From the human T2T-CHM13v2.0 reference genome, Homo sapiens: a DNA stretch of 64,000 nucleotides. Shown piece by piece: positions 1 through 21,802 of the stretch. The first letter of the stretch is position 1, and every line of letters starts with the position of its first letter. Below the pieces are notes generated by a model. The model had not been told where the DNA came from, made no database searches, and saw nothing but the letters and a program-made list of their open reading frames with translations. Made by a program: the position numbers and the translations under genes. The stretch is taken from NCBI RefSeq assembly GCF_009914755.1, contig NC_060927.1, one strand, 5' to 3'.

Positions 1-165
1 GCTATAGTATAGCTCATGTAGGCTTCATTATGTAATGGAATGATTTCCTTACACGTCTGTCTTCCTCTCTAGCCCGTGAACTCTTAGTGAGAGAAACCAT
101 ATCTTAATCATCTTTCCATTCCCAAAACTTAATAGGCACCTATCACATAGTAGCATCTCAATATA

Positions 166-494
166 TAGCTGGCTTTCCATATGCACAGGTTCTACATCAA
201 CAGATTCGACCAATCACAGATCAAAAACATTCAAAAATAAAACCAATAATAATAATAATACAACAATAAAAGACCATCCAAATAAAAACAATACAGTATA
301 GCAACTTTTTGCATAGTGTTTACATTGTGTTAGGTATTATAAGTAATCTAGAGATGATTTAAAGTATGTAGGAAGATGTGAATAGGTTATATGCAATTAC
401 TATGTCATTTTATATAAGAGATATGAACATCATCGGATTTTGGTATCTGTGAGGATCCTGGGCCAACCTCCTGTGCATACTGAGCGACGACCAT
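166..494 (-). mobile_element. MER2 (Tigger-family non-autonomous DNA transposon)
   Basis: Reverse complement matches recalled MER2 (ATCCGATGATGTTCATATCTCTTATATAAAATG..., TTTAAATCATCTCTAGATTACTTATAATACCTAA); degenerate TIRs. Confidence 0.75.
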
Positions 495-869
495 ATACAG
501 TTTGAGAGTGTGACTCTAAACAAGCAGGACCCTAAAACTTGAATTAATTCTGCCTATTGTAGGCCAAACACTGTCATAGATGACTCTCTCACAATGAAAA
601 ACTGTATTTGGAGTTGATATTTTCCCTCCTAAAATGGAAACTTTTTTTGCTTATAAAAGTAATAGCTGACACACTTTCAAGTAATGCAGAAAACAATATG
701 ACAGCCTCCCAGAAAAGCCAAGTGTTGTTATGACCTTAATACAGCTCATTATTACTGTCAAGACATTCTGGTTACTCTACTCTAGGGGGCAGACTTGAAC
801 CAGCATTTGGACAGGTAATGCTGGACTCAAGCCTCAGTGTTTGGCCAAAGACAAAATCACTATCGTTAC

Positions 870-1035
870 GTTTTTCTTTTCTTTCTTTCTTTCTTTTTTT
901 TTTTTTTAGAGTCTGTCATCCAGCCTGGAGTACAGTGGTGTGATCATAGCTCACTGCAGCCTTGAGCTCCTGGGCTCAAATGATCCTCCCCACTCAGCCT
1001 CCTAAAGGGCTGGGATTACAGGTGTAAGCATCAAA
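870..1035 (-). mobile_element. Monomer-length Alu (FLAM/AluJ-derived)
   Basis: Poly-T then CAGCCTGGAGTACAGTGG...GCTGGGATTACAGG. Confidence 0.8.
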
Positions 1036-1049
1036 TCTCTTAAAAGCTT

Positions 1050-1183
1050 CTTCACTATCATGAGAAAAACATGGGGGAAACTGCCCCCATGATCAAATCA
1101 CCTCCCACCAGTTCCCTCCCTCAACACGTGGGGATTACAATTCGAGATGAGATTTGAGTGGGGATTCAGAGCCAAACCATGTC
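1050..1183 (-). mobile_element. MaLR LTR fragment (MST/THE1)
   Basis: CACTATCATGAGAA...CCCCCATGATCAAATCACCTCCCACC...AGCCAAACCATGTCA. Confidence 0.75.
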
Positions 1184-1827
1184 AGATGGTAAACAAAAAT
1201 CAAAGAAAAATATAGCATAATGTCATGAAGAATCAAAAACAGTTAGGAAATAGAGATAACGGGAATGCTTTTTAAGAGTGAGTTTCCAAAAAAGCCTGTC
1301 TGATGAGGTGGTATTTGAGCTGAGGTATGAATGAAATGAGGGAAAAGGGTCTCAGGCAGCAGCGCAGCAGTGTAAAGGCACTAAGGTAAGAGCTTGCTTG
1401 GCTTCTTTTAAAAATAGCAACATATTCCTGGAAAGGAGTGCATGACAGGTGTGCAATGGAAAACGAAGCTGGAAAATGCAAAGGGTGGATAATCTGTTAC
1501 CTAGGTGGTTGTTATTCTAAGTGTCATGGGAAGCTATTGGAAGGTTTTGAGTGAATCACATGGTGTGACAATTTCAGGGAGGGATACATCACAGAGGCAA
1601 TATTGCTATGCCACTTCAGACATATTAGCATGCTGCTTTCCCAAAGTTCCGTCATTAGTCATTGTTAGCTCTGTGGCTAGAAGACAAAGAAGAGTTTCTT
1701 GAAGTGGGAAAAGAAATTATGGTACTCTCCTTCTAAGTTGAGAATATCCTCTTGGCAAACAGCATGGTGCATGAATAGGTTTGTTGAATGAGTGAAAGAA
1801 ATAATGAATGAAACAACAGTGAAGGCA

Positions 1828-2118
1828 TTTTTTTTTTTGAGACAAAGTCTCACTCTGTCATCTAGGCTGAAGTGCAGTGGTGCGATCTCCTCACTGCAAC
1901 TTCTGTTTCCCGGGTTCAAGTGATTCTCCTGCCTCAGCCACCCTAATAGCTGGGATTACAGGCATGCCCCAACATGCCTGACTAAGTTTTCTATTTTTGG
2001 TAGAGATGGGGTTTTGCCATGTTGGCCAGGCTGGTCTCGAACTCCTGGCCTCAAGTGATCAGCCCAGCTTGTCCTCCCAAAATGCTGGGATTACAGGTGT
2101 GAGCCACCATGCCCAGCC
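1828..2118 (-). mobile_element. AluS
   Basis: Full dimer in reverse with poly-T. Confidence 0.9.
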
Positions 2119-2351
2119 AGCAAAGCCATTTCTTAAGTATTATAAACATCTTGAAACAGTTTCCTCTCTGCTTTGCTAATTCATGGATATTTACTAAGGG
2201 CTGCATGTACTGCAGCGTAATAGGTGGGGCACACCAAGATGAGTGAGACACAGTCCTTGCCTTCAAGGAACTTCAATTTTTGTTGGAAAAATAGACATAT
2301 ACACAAAACAGAATGCTTATATTGAGATTTTGGCTGAGGCATCAAGATACA

Positions 2352-2935
2352 CAGCTGTCCTTCACTATCCATAAGGGATTGATTCCAGGACCCCCTGTGG
2401 ATACCAAAATCCATGGATGCTCAAGTTTCCTATATAAAATGGTGTAGCATTGGCATATAACCTATGCATATCGTTCTGTATACAGTTGACTTTTGAACAA
2501 TGTTGGCTTAAACTGTGCAGGTCCACTTATAAGCAGATGTTTTCAACCAAACACAGATGGAAAATACATTATTGAGGAATGTCAAACCAGTGTATATGGA
2601 GCACCAACTCTTCTTATACGTGGGTTCCAAAGGGCTGACTTCAAGACCTGGAGTATGCATGGCTTTTGGTGTACTTGGGAGTCCTGGAACAAATCCCCCA
2701 CATATAACAAGGAATAATAACTGTACTTTTAATCATTTCTAGGTTGTTTATAATACCTAATACAATGTGAATGCTATATAACTAGTTGTTATACTGTATT
2801 ATTTAGGGGATAATAAAAAGAAAAACAAATTTGTGGATGTTCAGGGCAGACACAACCATTTATCTTTTCTCAAATATTTTTTCATGGTTGGTTGAATCCC
2901 TGGATGTGGAACCCACAGATACAGAGGGCTGACTG
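2352..2935 (+). mobile_element. MER2 split by a nested MER8
   Basis: CAGCTGTCCTTCACTATCC...GGATACCAAAATCCATGGATGCTCAAG start; ends GAGGGCTGACTG-TA. Confidence 0.8.
2483..2723 (+). mobile_element. MER8 (Tigger family) inserted in MER2
   Basis: TA-CAGTTGACTTTTGAACAA...TAACTG-TA; TA target duplication; ~240 bp. Confidence 0.7.
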
Positions 2936-2979
2936 TAACAGATGCTATGTACCAAAATTAGGAGTTTTGCAAAATTGAT

Positions 2980-3215
2980 AAAATACCTAAATGTAAACCT
3001 GAAACTATAAATTTCCTAAAAGAGAACAAAGGGAAAAAGTTTTTGGACACTGGCAGTGGCAGTAATTTTTTGGATATCATACCAAAAGCTCACTATAAAA
3101 GCAAAAATAAATAAATGGGACTATATCAAACTAAAAAGCTTCTGCATAGCAAAGGAAACAACAAAATGAAATGGCAACCTACAGATTGGGAAGAAATATT
3201 TGCAAACTATATATG
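2980..3215 (+). mobile_element. Old L1M ORF2 3' fragment
   Basis: AAATGGGACTATATCAAACTAAAAAGCTTCTGCA (KWDYIKLKSFC). Confidence 0.75.
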
Positions 3216-3229
3216 TATAAGGGGGTTTA

Positions 3230-3411
3230 AGCTGCCATATGAAGAAGCCCGTGGGGAAGGAATTGAGGGTGACCTCTTGCCAGTAGTCATCAAGGAAATG
3301 CCCTCATTCTGAAAACCTGCAAAGAACTGAATCCTGCTAACAGCCATGTGAACTTGGAAATGGATCCTTCTTTAATCGAGCTTCACATGACTGACAACTT
3401 GATTGCAGCCT
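3230..3411 (+). mobile_element. MLT1 fragment
   Basis: GCAAAGAACTGAATCCTGCTAACAGCCATGTGA...CTTGATTGCAGCCTTG. Confidence 0.65.
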
Positions 3412-3900
3412 TGTTGATAAATACCTAGGCAGGTAGGGGTGGGTCCCCGGTGAAATTCAACCTTCAAGTCAGAAACAGTCCCAGGTAAATCCTTGAACCA
3501 GATTGAGAACCCGCCCTCCTGTTTGGCGTGCTTTCCTCTGATTGATACTCAGCCTTCAACTATTTTACATATACCTACCCTTTCCTAATTGGTTTCCTAC
3601 ACTATCATGCCCATTTTTAAGTGGTGTCTTTGACTTTTTTGCATACTCACAAGCTAATCAGCACGCACTCCCTATTCTGAGCCCATAAAAAGCCCTGGGC
3701 TCAGCCATATTGGAAACTCTCTTACCTTCAGGCAGGGGAACTACCCCTGTGTAACTTCCCCACTAAAAGCTGTTTCATCACTCAGTAAAACTTCCTGCCT
3801 TGCTCACTCTTCCAGTGTCCATGTATCTACTTCTTCCTGATTGTGAGACAAGAACCCAGACCAAGCTGAACCTTAGTTCAGAGCAAAAAATTCTGCATCA
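3412..3900 (+). mobile_element. ERV1 (MER4 group, MER83/MER61-like) 5' LTR
   Basis: TG...CA ends, CATAAAAA TATA-like box, AGTAAA polyA-like signal, followed by TTTTGGAGGC PBS-like start. Confidence 0.7.
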
Positions 3901-6900
3901 TTTTGGAGGCTTGTCTGGCATTTGTCAGAAGGTTGAGTAAAATGTGGACCCAACAATCTCTTTCACTTTTGTTTCTGAGCTTTCTTATCCTCAGACTTTT
4001 TCGGAAGGCAGGGGATACTGCAACCTGCCCCCTGCCCCCCTGTTGCTCTCAGGGGTCAGGAATGTTGGCCTTTGTCCAACCCAGTCTTTTCTATGGCATT
4101 TTCCTTCTTTTTTCAGGACTGTAATGGCACCTATCTTTTAGTGGGCATGTTCCACCCCCACCCCAATGGCCACAGGCATGCACACAAGACAGATTGGCAA
4201 GCTCCCTGCCCTGCTCCCCTCCTGGCTGGGGCACACAGCACAAGGGTCCCTCATGGCTGGCTGGCCAGCATTTCTCACTTGCCGTCCCCTCCTGCTAGGT
4301 GCCCAAGGAGTCTTTCCTCCCCTTGCTGAGCCAAGAAGGAGGAGACAGCAATTAAAAGTTTCTTTTCCTGTTGAAGAAACCCACTTGCATAAGAATAAAT
4401 AAGAGGTTTCTACCCAAGGCATCTTCCCAGCCCTGAACTTAAGCTTTTTTTTCTTCCTTTTCTCCACCCTGTCAGCAGTTAACACAGCCCTGTAGATATA
4501 GGGAGTTTTCTATGCAAGAGTTTTTTTTCCTCCTTTTGGAAGGCATCTTGTTAGGCCACAGGACACCCTTTTTCGCTCCCTTGTTTGAAGAGGACCCAGC
4601 TCCTCAGCTTTACCTTAGCATTTGGCTTATGGTAAGGAGGCAGCAGAGGAGCAGTCCCGCTGGCTGCTGGCTGCAGTCTGGCGAGGGACACCTGGGACTT
4701 GATGAGTCCATGTACCCACTGAGGCAGTTCTTTTGTCCCAAACTCAATTCCAAGCTTAGAGTTGAAGACTCAGGATAGAAAATTGAATATGAGGGGTCCA
4801 GAGGCAGACAACAATGGAAGTTAAAATGCAAAGCATAAGTGACCATGGCTAATTCCTGCCAATCAAACCAAGCCTCCTGTTTCATGGATAGAGGTCATGC
4901 CTGTATCCATGGCATAAATGAGGCCTAGGGAACTCAAAGGTTATGACAACAGGCAGGGACAGGGCATATGTGGGTGAGTTCAAATATTCCCACCCCCTTG
5001 GCCCTTCTGTTACTATGAGTGAAAGCCACATTGGCACCCATGGGTGGCACCTTGTCAAGGTCGCTGGGACTCGGATACAAGGACATAAGAAAGAAAAGAG
5101 ATGCCTATTTTTTCTCTCCCTCATGTACCCTGGGTATTCACTGGGAAGTAAAAGGAATTGGGGATGGCTTATCCACTCTTCCCAGCTGGGTAACAATTCA
5201 TCTTCCCAAAATGGGGTCAGTAGCACTTGCTCTGTTTTAGTCCATGCACCCACTGAGGCAGTTCTTTTGTCTAAAGAACCATTCATCTTTAGTTCGTACC
5301 CCCCTTGAATGCATCCTGAGTCCTGGGGGGGCATCTTGGAAAAAAAGCCTTCTTTTTCCTTTTTCCTCCTCTGTCCTCTCTTTGTGGATGGGTAATTGCA
5401 TCCCCATACTATAGGACACTCTCCTCAGATGCATCCTCTAAACTAGGAAAAATTAATTTACCAAACCTTAAACTGCTTGGCTTAGAATTGAGCTCAGGGG
5501 AAGGGAACCCAGAAGCCTGACATGCCAGCAAAAGGGTAAAAGTTTTTTTTTTACCCAGTCAGACTTTTGGCCTTGTTAGGCCAAAGTCTTTTGGCCTCAC
5601 TCTTGCTGTGCAAACCGATAGAAAAAATGGTGAGGATAACTGCTTATATTCTCCATAAAGTTTTGATTAATGAAAAATGATTTATGAGGCTTGTCTTAAG
5701 CTATAGCCAATCTGGTGTGCTTTGTGTGTTTTTCTGTATGGTTCTGTCAGAAAGAGGGGTGCCTTAGGATAGAATGTTGGCCTAGGACCCTATATGCCTG
5801 CTGTTCAAGTTAGCCCAACAAACTGGTCAGTATCAAACTTTGCTGCAGGCCACCATATTGTTTTATGTCCTTGGGAGCTTGAAATGTAACCACGTGGCAG
5901 TACTTAACTTTAGTCTCTGCCATTTTACAATGGTGGCCTGTGTTCAATCCTGGCTTGGAGAATGAGTACTTTCAAGTAAACAGCTGTGTGACTTCTACCA
6001 TTTGCTGATTCTCTTCCCATCCATGAACAACTTCTAGCTTCCATTCTCTGAGTTACCTTTAGAGGTTCTAGATTTTGTAAAAACTGCTTACCACCTTTTT
6101 GAATATATACCTCATACATTCATAGTTAAGTCATAACCTTAATTGAAGCTTGTTGGTTTCACCTGTGAGGTTACTTTTGGTAAAGTTCAAAAGCCAGAAA
6201 TGTTGGCGGGTTCACATGGCTAAGGTTGGGTAACAAGGGATTTAAAAGGATTTTCTTAAAGAATGCTCAGCTTAATTAAAAGTGGATATCAAAGCTATAG
6301 GTATATTTAAGAGACCTTTATGTTTTTCTGGAAAAGGTTTTTTTCTCAGTTGACTGAATTACTTTTCTCCATTTTGTCTTGCCACTCTTAATGCACACAT
6401 GAGAGGCCGTAAGATAACTTCTCGGCACATGGGACTCTTTGGGAAAAACAGAGAGAGTGCCACTGACCCCATTTTGGGAAGAAACCTCTGTTTTCCTCAT
6501 AGAACCCCAGGAATTGAAAGTGGATAGATCCCTCTCAAAATCTATTTTTTTCTTCCAGCTATGCCTGTTTATTGGTCCCTAGAAACTGCATGCTTTCCTA
6601 GCCTTGTGTATTAGTTGGTTTTCACACTGCTGATAAAGACATACCCAAGACTGGGAAAATTATAAAGAAAAAGACTTTTAAGGACTTCTAGTTCCACCTG
6701 GCTGGGAAGGCCTCACAATCATGGTGGAAGGTAAAAGGCATTTCTTACATGGTGGTGGCAAGAGAGAGAGCTTGTACAGAGAAACTCCCATTTTAAAAAC
6801 CATCAGATCTCATGAGACTAATTCACTGTCATGAGAACAGTCCAGGAAAGACCCATCCCCATGATTCAATCATCTCCCACCGGGTCCCTCACACGACACG

Positions 6901-9900
6901 TGAGAATTATGGGAGCTACAAGATGAGATTTGGGTGGGGACACAGGTCCAAACTATGTTATTCTGGCCCCTTCCAAATCTCGTATTTTCACATTTCAAAA
7001 CCAATCATACCTTCCCAACAGTCCCCCAAAGTCTCAACTCATTTCAGCATTAACTCAAAAGTCCACAGTCCAACATCTCCTCTGAGACAAGGCAAGTCCC
7101 TTCCAACAATGAGCCCGTAAAATCAGAAGCAAGTTAATTACTTTTTAGATACAATATGGGTACAGGCATTGGGTAACTACAACCATTCCAATAGGAGAAG
7201 TTGGCCAATACAAAGGGCTACAGGACCCATGCAAGTCTGAAATCCAGCAGGGCAGTCAGATCTTAAAACTCCAGAATGACCTCCTTTGACTCCATGTCTC
7301 ATGTCCAGGTCACGCTGATGCAAGAGGAGGGTTTCCATGGTTTTGGGCAGCTCTGCCCTTGTGGATTTTCAGGGTACAGCTTCCCTCCCAATTGCTTTCA
7401 CAGGCTGGTGTTGAGTGTCTGCAGCTTTTCCAGGCACACAGTGCAAGCTGTCAGTGAATCTACCATTCAGGGGTCTGGACTGGTGGCTGTTTTCTCACAG
7501 CTCCACTAGGTGGTTCCCCAACAGGGACTCTGTGTAGGGGCTCTGACCCCATGTTTCCCATCCTCACTGCCCTAGTAGAGGTTCTCCATGAGAGCCCCAC
7601 CCCAGCAGCAAGCTTCTGCCTGGGCATCCAGGCATTTCCATACATCTTTTGAAATCTAGGCAGAGGTTCCCAAATCTTAATTTTTGACTTCCATGCACTC
7701 ACAGGCTCAACACCATGTGGAAGCTGCCAAGGCTTGAGGCTTCCATCCTCTGAAGCCGTGGCCTCAGCTCTACGTCAGCCCCTTTCAGCTGTGATTGGAG
7801 CAGCTGGGACGCAGGGCACTAAGTCCAATCCTGCACACAGCATGGGGACCCTGGGCCTGGCCCATGAAACCATATTTTCCTCCTATGCCTCAACCTCTGG
7901 GCCTGTGATGGGAGAGTTGCCACAAACATCTCTAACATGCCCTGCAGACATTTTCCCCATTGTTTTGGTGATTAACATTTGGCTTCTTGTTACTTACACA
8001 AATTTCTGTAGCTGGCTTGAATTTCTCCTGAGAAAATGGGTTTTTCTTTTCTATCACATCATCAGGCTGCAAATTTTCTGAACTTCTATGCTCTGTTTTC
8101 CTTTTAAAACTGAATGCCATTAACAGTATCCAAGTCACGTCTTGAATGCTTTGCTGCTTACAGATTTCTTCCGCCAGGTACCCTAAATCATATCCCTCAA
8201 GTTCAAAGTTCCACACATCTCTAGTGCAGGGGCAAAATGCCCTTAGTATCTTTGCTAAAATATAGCAAGAGTCACCTTTGCTCCAGTTCCCAACAAGTTC
8301 CTCATCTCTATCTGAGACCACCTCAGCCTGGATTTCATTGTCCATATCACTATTAGCATTTTGGCCAAAGCCATTCAACAAGTCTCTAGGGAGTTCCAAA
8401 CTTTCCCACATTTTCCTATCTTCTTCTGAGTCCTCCAAACTGTTCCAGCCTCTGCCTGTTACCCAGTTCCAAAGTTGTTTCCACATTTTTGGGTATCTTT
8501 TCAGCAGTGCCCCACTCTACTGGGACCAATTTACTGTATTAGTCATTTTTCACACTGCTGATAAAGACATACCTGAGACTGGGTAAATTATAAAGAAAAA
8601 GAGGTTTAAGGACTTACAGTTCCACATGGCTAGGGAAACCTCACAATCATGGCAGAAGGCAAGTAGCATTTCTTACATGGTGGTGGCAAGAGGAGAGCTT
8701 GTACAGGGAAACTCCTGTTTTTAAAACCATCAGATCTTGTAAGACTAATTCACTATCTGAGAACAGTGTAGGAAAGACCCACCCCTATGATTCAATCATC
8801 TCCCGCTAGGTCCCTCCCACAACACATGAGACTTATGGGAGCTACAAGATGAGATTTGGGTGGGGACACAGAGTCAAACCATATTATTCTGATTACTCTG
8901 TTTCTTGAAGGGCTCCACCCTGAGGTCAATAATCAGATTAGGAGATTGGCAAATGAAAAGTGTTACAACTACTGGATCTTCTTCTGTCTGTCTGTGTAAT
9001 CATATATGTGTTATATATGTGATGTTTATATAAAAAAGAGCTCTAATTAATTGGCTTAAAGAAAAATAAGTGCTTAGATCAAATATTTTTTGAAGGAAAA
9101 ATAAAAGCTGTAATGCCTTTTAGTTCATGTGACTTTAATCTTTGAGAAATAGAGGCAATTTAAAGGTAATTGGTAAAATACAAATGTCATAAAAATGTAA
9201 ATATGTGGGCTGAATCATGTAGGTCAGATGCTAGATTTGCTAAATGTTTTAAGGTTGTAAACTGAACTGCTTCTTTGGCCTTTGAGAATTGTTCAACTAG
9301 CCTGCTTTACAACTTGGTAAGGCCTGGGGACATATGAAATTAACCATGCGCTTAATTATACTGGAAGTAGTCAGAGTTGAATTGGGGCCTAGTGCATAAT
9401 TAAAGCAACTTATCAGATTTTACATTAAAGTTAAAAATTGCTAAGAGTTACCATTATAACACGTAATTGAGACAACTGAAAATGGATTTACATACAAGGT
9501 GTGTAAGAACTGTAAAATGTGTTTTTAGTAAAAGATTATAAGAAGGCATAGAAACGTAAGTTTTTGCCCACGGTTAAAGGATTGTTTTGAATTAGCTGAG
9601 ATAAAGCTGAAGGTTTAAACAAGTTGTAGAAGGATTGTAAAAAATTAATCCTGCAAAAGAAATTTTGTGCATGAACATATTGACTAAATTCATAAGGGTA
9701 TTGTATGGTTTTTCCATAAATTGTGCATTGAAATAAAAGCACAACAAAGTTCTCTTAAGGCACAAATTTGCTCTCTAGCAAAATTTGTAAAGAATTATCA
9801 GAGGTTTATAAGAATCTCACCTCATGGTCAAACTGGTAAAATTTGATAGAATTGTCTATAAGGTTTCATTAGAAAATTCGGGTTGACATTAATAGTAGAC

Positions 9901-9990
9901 TAATGCAAGGGTAAAATTTGGCTTTCTCTCTTGAATAAGATTTTCATGTAATAGTAAAGGATAATGAAAGTTTGTTTGCTTTTTTAAAAT
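3901..9990 (+). mobile_element. MER4-group ERV internal region (non-coding, 3'-truncated), interrupted by THE1
   Basis: Directly follows the LTR; typical MER4-int leader and AT-rich sequence; no 3' LTR seen. Confidence 0.65.
6607..8886 (-). mobile_element. Full-length THE1 (THE1C-like) MaLR: LTR 6607-6960, internal 6961-8534, LTR 8535-8886
   Basis: Two ~350-bp direct repeats starting TGTATTAGT..TTTTCACACTGCTGATAAAGACATAC; internal ORF 7932-8486 (WNWVTGRGWNSLEDSEEDRKMWESLELPRDLL) is the MaLR ORF remnant. Confidence 0.92.
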
Positions 9991-10049
9991 TTGTCAATTC
10001 TTTATTGACAATTGAATTGGAGGATAAAAATCTTTCTAAGTTACTGTGA

Positions 10050-18390
<8,341 letters not shown>

Positions 18391-18419
18391 TCAATCTGCA
18401 TTTCTTTTTTAAAAGCATT

Positions 18420-19150
18420 ATTTTTAATTGATAAATTAAAATTATATGTAATTGTGTACATTGTCTTATGAAATATATATACATGTGGAATGGCTAAATT
18501 GAGTGAGTTAACGTATGCATTACTTCATATATTTATCATTTTTTTCTGTGGTGAGAACACTTAAAATCTATTCTCTTAGCAATTTTGAATACAATACATT
18601 CTAATTAACCATAATTACCATACAATAGATCCCTTTAATTTATTCCTTCTATCTAACTGAAATCTCCTATCCTTGGACCAACTTCTTCCCAACTTTCTGA
18701 CCCTGTGCCCCACCCACCACCTCACCAAGCTCCTGGTAGTCACCATGTCACTTCTACTTCTATGAATTCAAATCTTTCATGTTCCACAAATATGTGAGAT
18801 CATGTGGTATTTGTCTTTCTGTTCCTGGCTTATTTCACATAACACAACGTCCTCCAGGTTCATCCACGTCTTCCCAAATGACAGGATTTCCTTCTTTTTT
18901 ATGGATAAATAGTATTCCATTTTGTATGTATATACCACATTTTCTTTATTCATTCATTTGTTGATGGACACTTAGATTGATTCCAAATCTCGGCTGTTGT
19001 GAATAAAGCTGCTGGGAACATGGGTGTGGTCTTTGACATACTGATTTCATTTCCTTTGGCTATATACCCAGCAATGAGATTGCTGGATCATATGGTATTC
19101 TATTTTTAATTTTTGGAGGCACTTCCACACTGTTTTCCATAATAGATATT
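18420..19150 (-). mobile_element. L1MA 3' end
   Basis: GTGGTGAGAACACTTAAAATCTATTCTCTTAGCAATTTT; GATGGACACTTAGATTGATTCC. Confidence 0.8.
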
Positions 19151-21334
19151 CTAATTTAAGTTAATGTAAATTAGGAGCTTTGTGTTTCTTACCCATCTTT
19201 GTATTTCCAGTGTCTGGCCCCCAGCAGTCTGTCAATCTTTAGTTGTGGAAAGAAAGAGGGAGTGGAAGGAATTGGTGAGTTTCTATTGTTATACCGTTTG
19301 GGATTTCATTCCCTCTATCAAGTGAGTTATGAAAGTATTTCTTTTAAATTCATATGATATTTTATCCCCCAAGAGAAATTCTTGTAAATGCAATTTCCTC
19401 ATCTTTCTACATAACCTTAAATAAGAAAAGAGGAGTGTGGGCCAGGATAATATGGGAGGGAAAGGTTTTAATGGAAGATTAGGGACCTCGGGGACCTACA
19501 CTAACAATTGTGGAATGATTTAAACTTGCAGTTTGAAAGCCTTTTGCAATTGTTACAGCCACCAGATTAGTTAACATTATTTCTTATCTCAATTATTTCA
19601 ACAGTCTCCTAGATTGTCTTCCCACCATTAGTTTTTTTTCCTACCTCCTTTCACCTTGCACATCATTTCCACAAAGATAACTCATGAAAAAAAAAGATTG
19701 TGTCACTTGCTAGTTTGAAGACCTTGACTGGCTACACATTGTTCACAAAAGTAAATAAAAAAGCCTTGAGCAAGACATCAAATACCCCTTCTAGCAGGTT
19801 TTCAAACATTAAGGAAGACATTGTTTCAAACTCTTACTTTTTTCCAGCTCTCCTCCCTTCTCATTGTTGTGTGTACTGTATACAGTATCTTTCTTCATAG
19901 CACATATTTTCATTGCTATTGTGGTAAACTGCCTTCAAGTGTTTTGGTGGAGTGATAGGTGCAAACAAATTAAGTCTTCATAACGACTATTGTGTCTGTT
20001 TAGACTCATCAGCTGGGATGGGCACTGGCTAGTCATTCATTAACAGGGTAATAATATTGTTGTACTGGTCATAAACCACTTTAATAGGATTAAGGAGCCA
20101 ACCAGGTACTCTGCCAGGAATCTCTCTTGTCATATCTGAGATAATTCCATCATCCGTGATTAGTGAATTTGCATTTAAAGTCTGCTCAGTATGTTCTTAC
20201 AAACAAGTGGCTATGTTTCTCACTCCTCAATTTGCAAACATAGTGAGATAGTTAAGTCACTATTCCCAGAGAAGTACAGGAGCAAATAGAAAAGAAGTGA
20301 AAGAGGGGGAATGAGAATAACAAATCAGAGGTCTTTTAAAGATCATGATTCAAGACTGTCTAGCTCAAACTCCCACTTGAGGCAGGAACTCCCTCTGCAA
20401 TGTGTCTGCCAAGTTGCCCCAGCTTTTCTTGATTAATTTAAGGGCTAGGAAAGCAGATTAACCTTCATAGTATGATAATAATAATAATAATAATAACTAT
20501 TATTAATTATTTCACTGCATTAAAGCTCTAGTAGTTGATATTGTTATAATCCTGTCCACTCTTTGACCCCCAAAGATCCTTTTCCATCCTGAGCTGAAAT
20601 CTTTGAAGGATTCCATCCACATGAAACTTGGTCTTTTTATTTCCCTCTGGTACCCCAAAGCAAAGGTCTTAATCCTCTCCTGAATGATGTCACTACTGTT
20701 CCTTTAAGAGCTCTCATGCCTTTCTCTGCCTCTCTGTTGCCATGGGGTCTCCTCAGGTGAACATCCCTGCACCATCCATCATTCCTTACAAAACCTAAGT
20801 TCCACAACCACATTGCCCTAAATGGCTTCCTTTGAACCCCTCTAAAATATGGTGTCCATACTAATAAAAATGTAAATGAAAACAATTTAAAATGACAAAT
20901 TGGCAAATGTTTTTAACCAGTAATTCTCAATACTTGGGAGAGTGAGACGAGATTTGTTCAACCTTTCTTGAATGTAATTTGTGTCTCAAGAATATTACAA
21001 ATATTATTACTACTTCACCCTGTACATTTCCTTATAGGAATCCATTCTTAAGAAATAATAATTGTGGGATCAAAGATTTTTGTGTAATGGTGTTTTTTAC
21101 ACTATTTTGCTTAAATATTCCATTCTGAACTGCTTTGTTAAGGTATAACTGGTATACAATAAACTGCACATATTTAAAGTGACAATTTGATAATTTTCTT
21201 TTTTCATTGTGGCAAAATATACAGAACATAAAATTTACCGACTTGATAAATTTTGACATATTGGAAACCTTCCTTTTTGCTCCTTCCTCCCATCATGCTC
21301 TAGACAACCACTGATCTACTTTCTGTCATGCTAT

Positions 21335-21510
21335 TTCCTTCCTTTCTTCCTTCTTTCTTTCCTTTCTTTCCTTCTTTCTTTCTCTTTCTTTCATCTTTCT
21401 CTTTCTTTCTTTCTCTTTCTTTCTTTCATCTTTCTCTTTCTTTCTTTCTTTCTCTTTCTTTCATCTTTCTCTTTCTTTCTTTCTCTTTTTCTTTCTTTCA
21501 TTATTTCTTC
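21335..21510. repeat. (TTTC/CT)n pyrimidine microsatellite at an Alu tail
   Basis: Seen directly. Confidence 0.9.
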
Positions 21511-21802
21511 TCTTTTTTGAGGCAGGGTCTCATTCTGTTGCTCAGGCTGGAGTGCAGAGGCAAGGTCTTGGCTCATGGCAACCTCTGCCTCCCTGCTTCA
21601 AGCGATCATCTCACCTCAGCCTCTGGAGTAGCTGGGACCACAGACATAGGCCACCACGCCTGTCTAATTTGTGTACTTTTTTTTGTAGAGACAAGGTTTC
21701 CCCCATGTTGCCCAGGCTGGTTTCAAACTCATGTCTTCAAGGGATCTGTCCACCTCGGCCTCCCAAAGTGCTGGGATTACAGGCATGAGCCACCACCCCT
21801 TG
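21511..21802 (-). mobile_element. AluJ
   Basis: Diverged Alu dimer. Confidence 0.85.

Noticed and set aside
4703-5272. ~35-bp direct repeat AGTCCATGYACCCACTGAGGCAGTTCTTTTGTC at ~4704 and ~5239
   Set aside because: Internal leader repeats are usual in MER4-group ERVs; probably part of the consensus.
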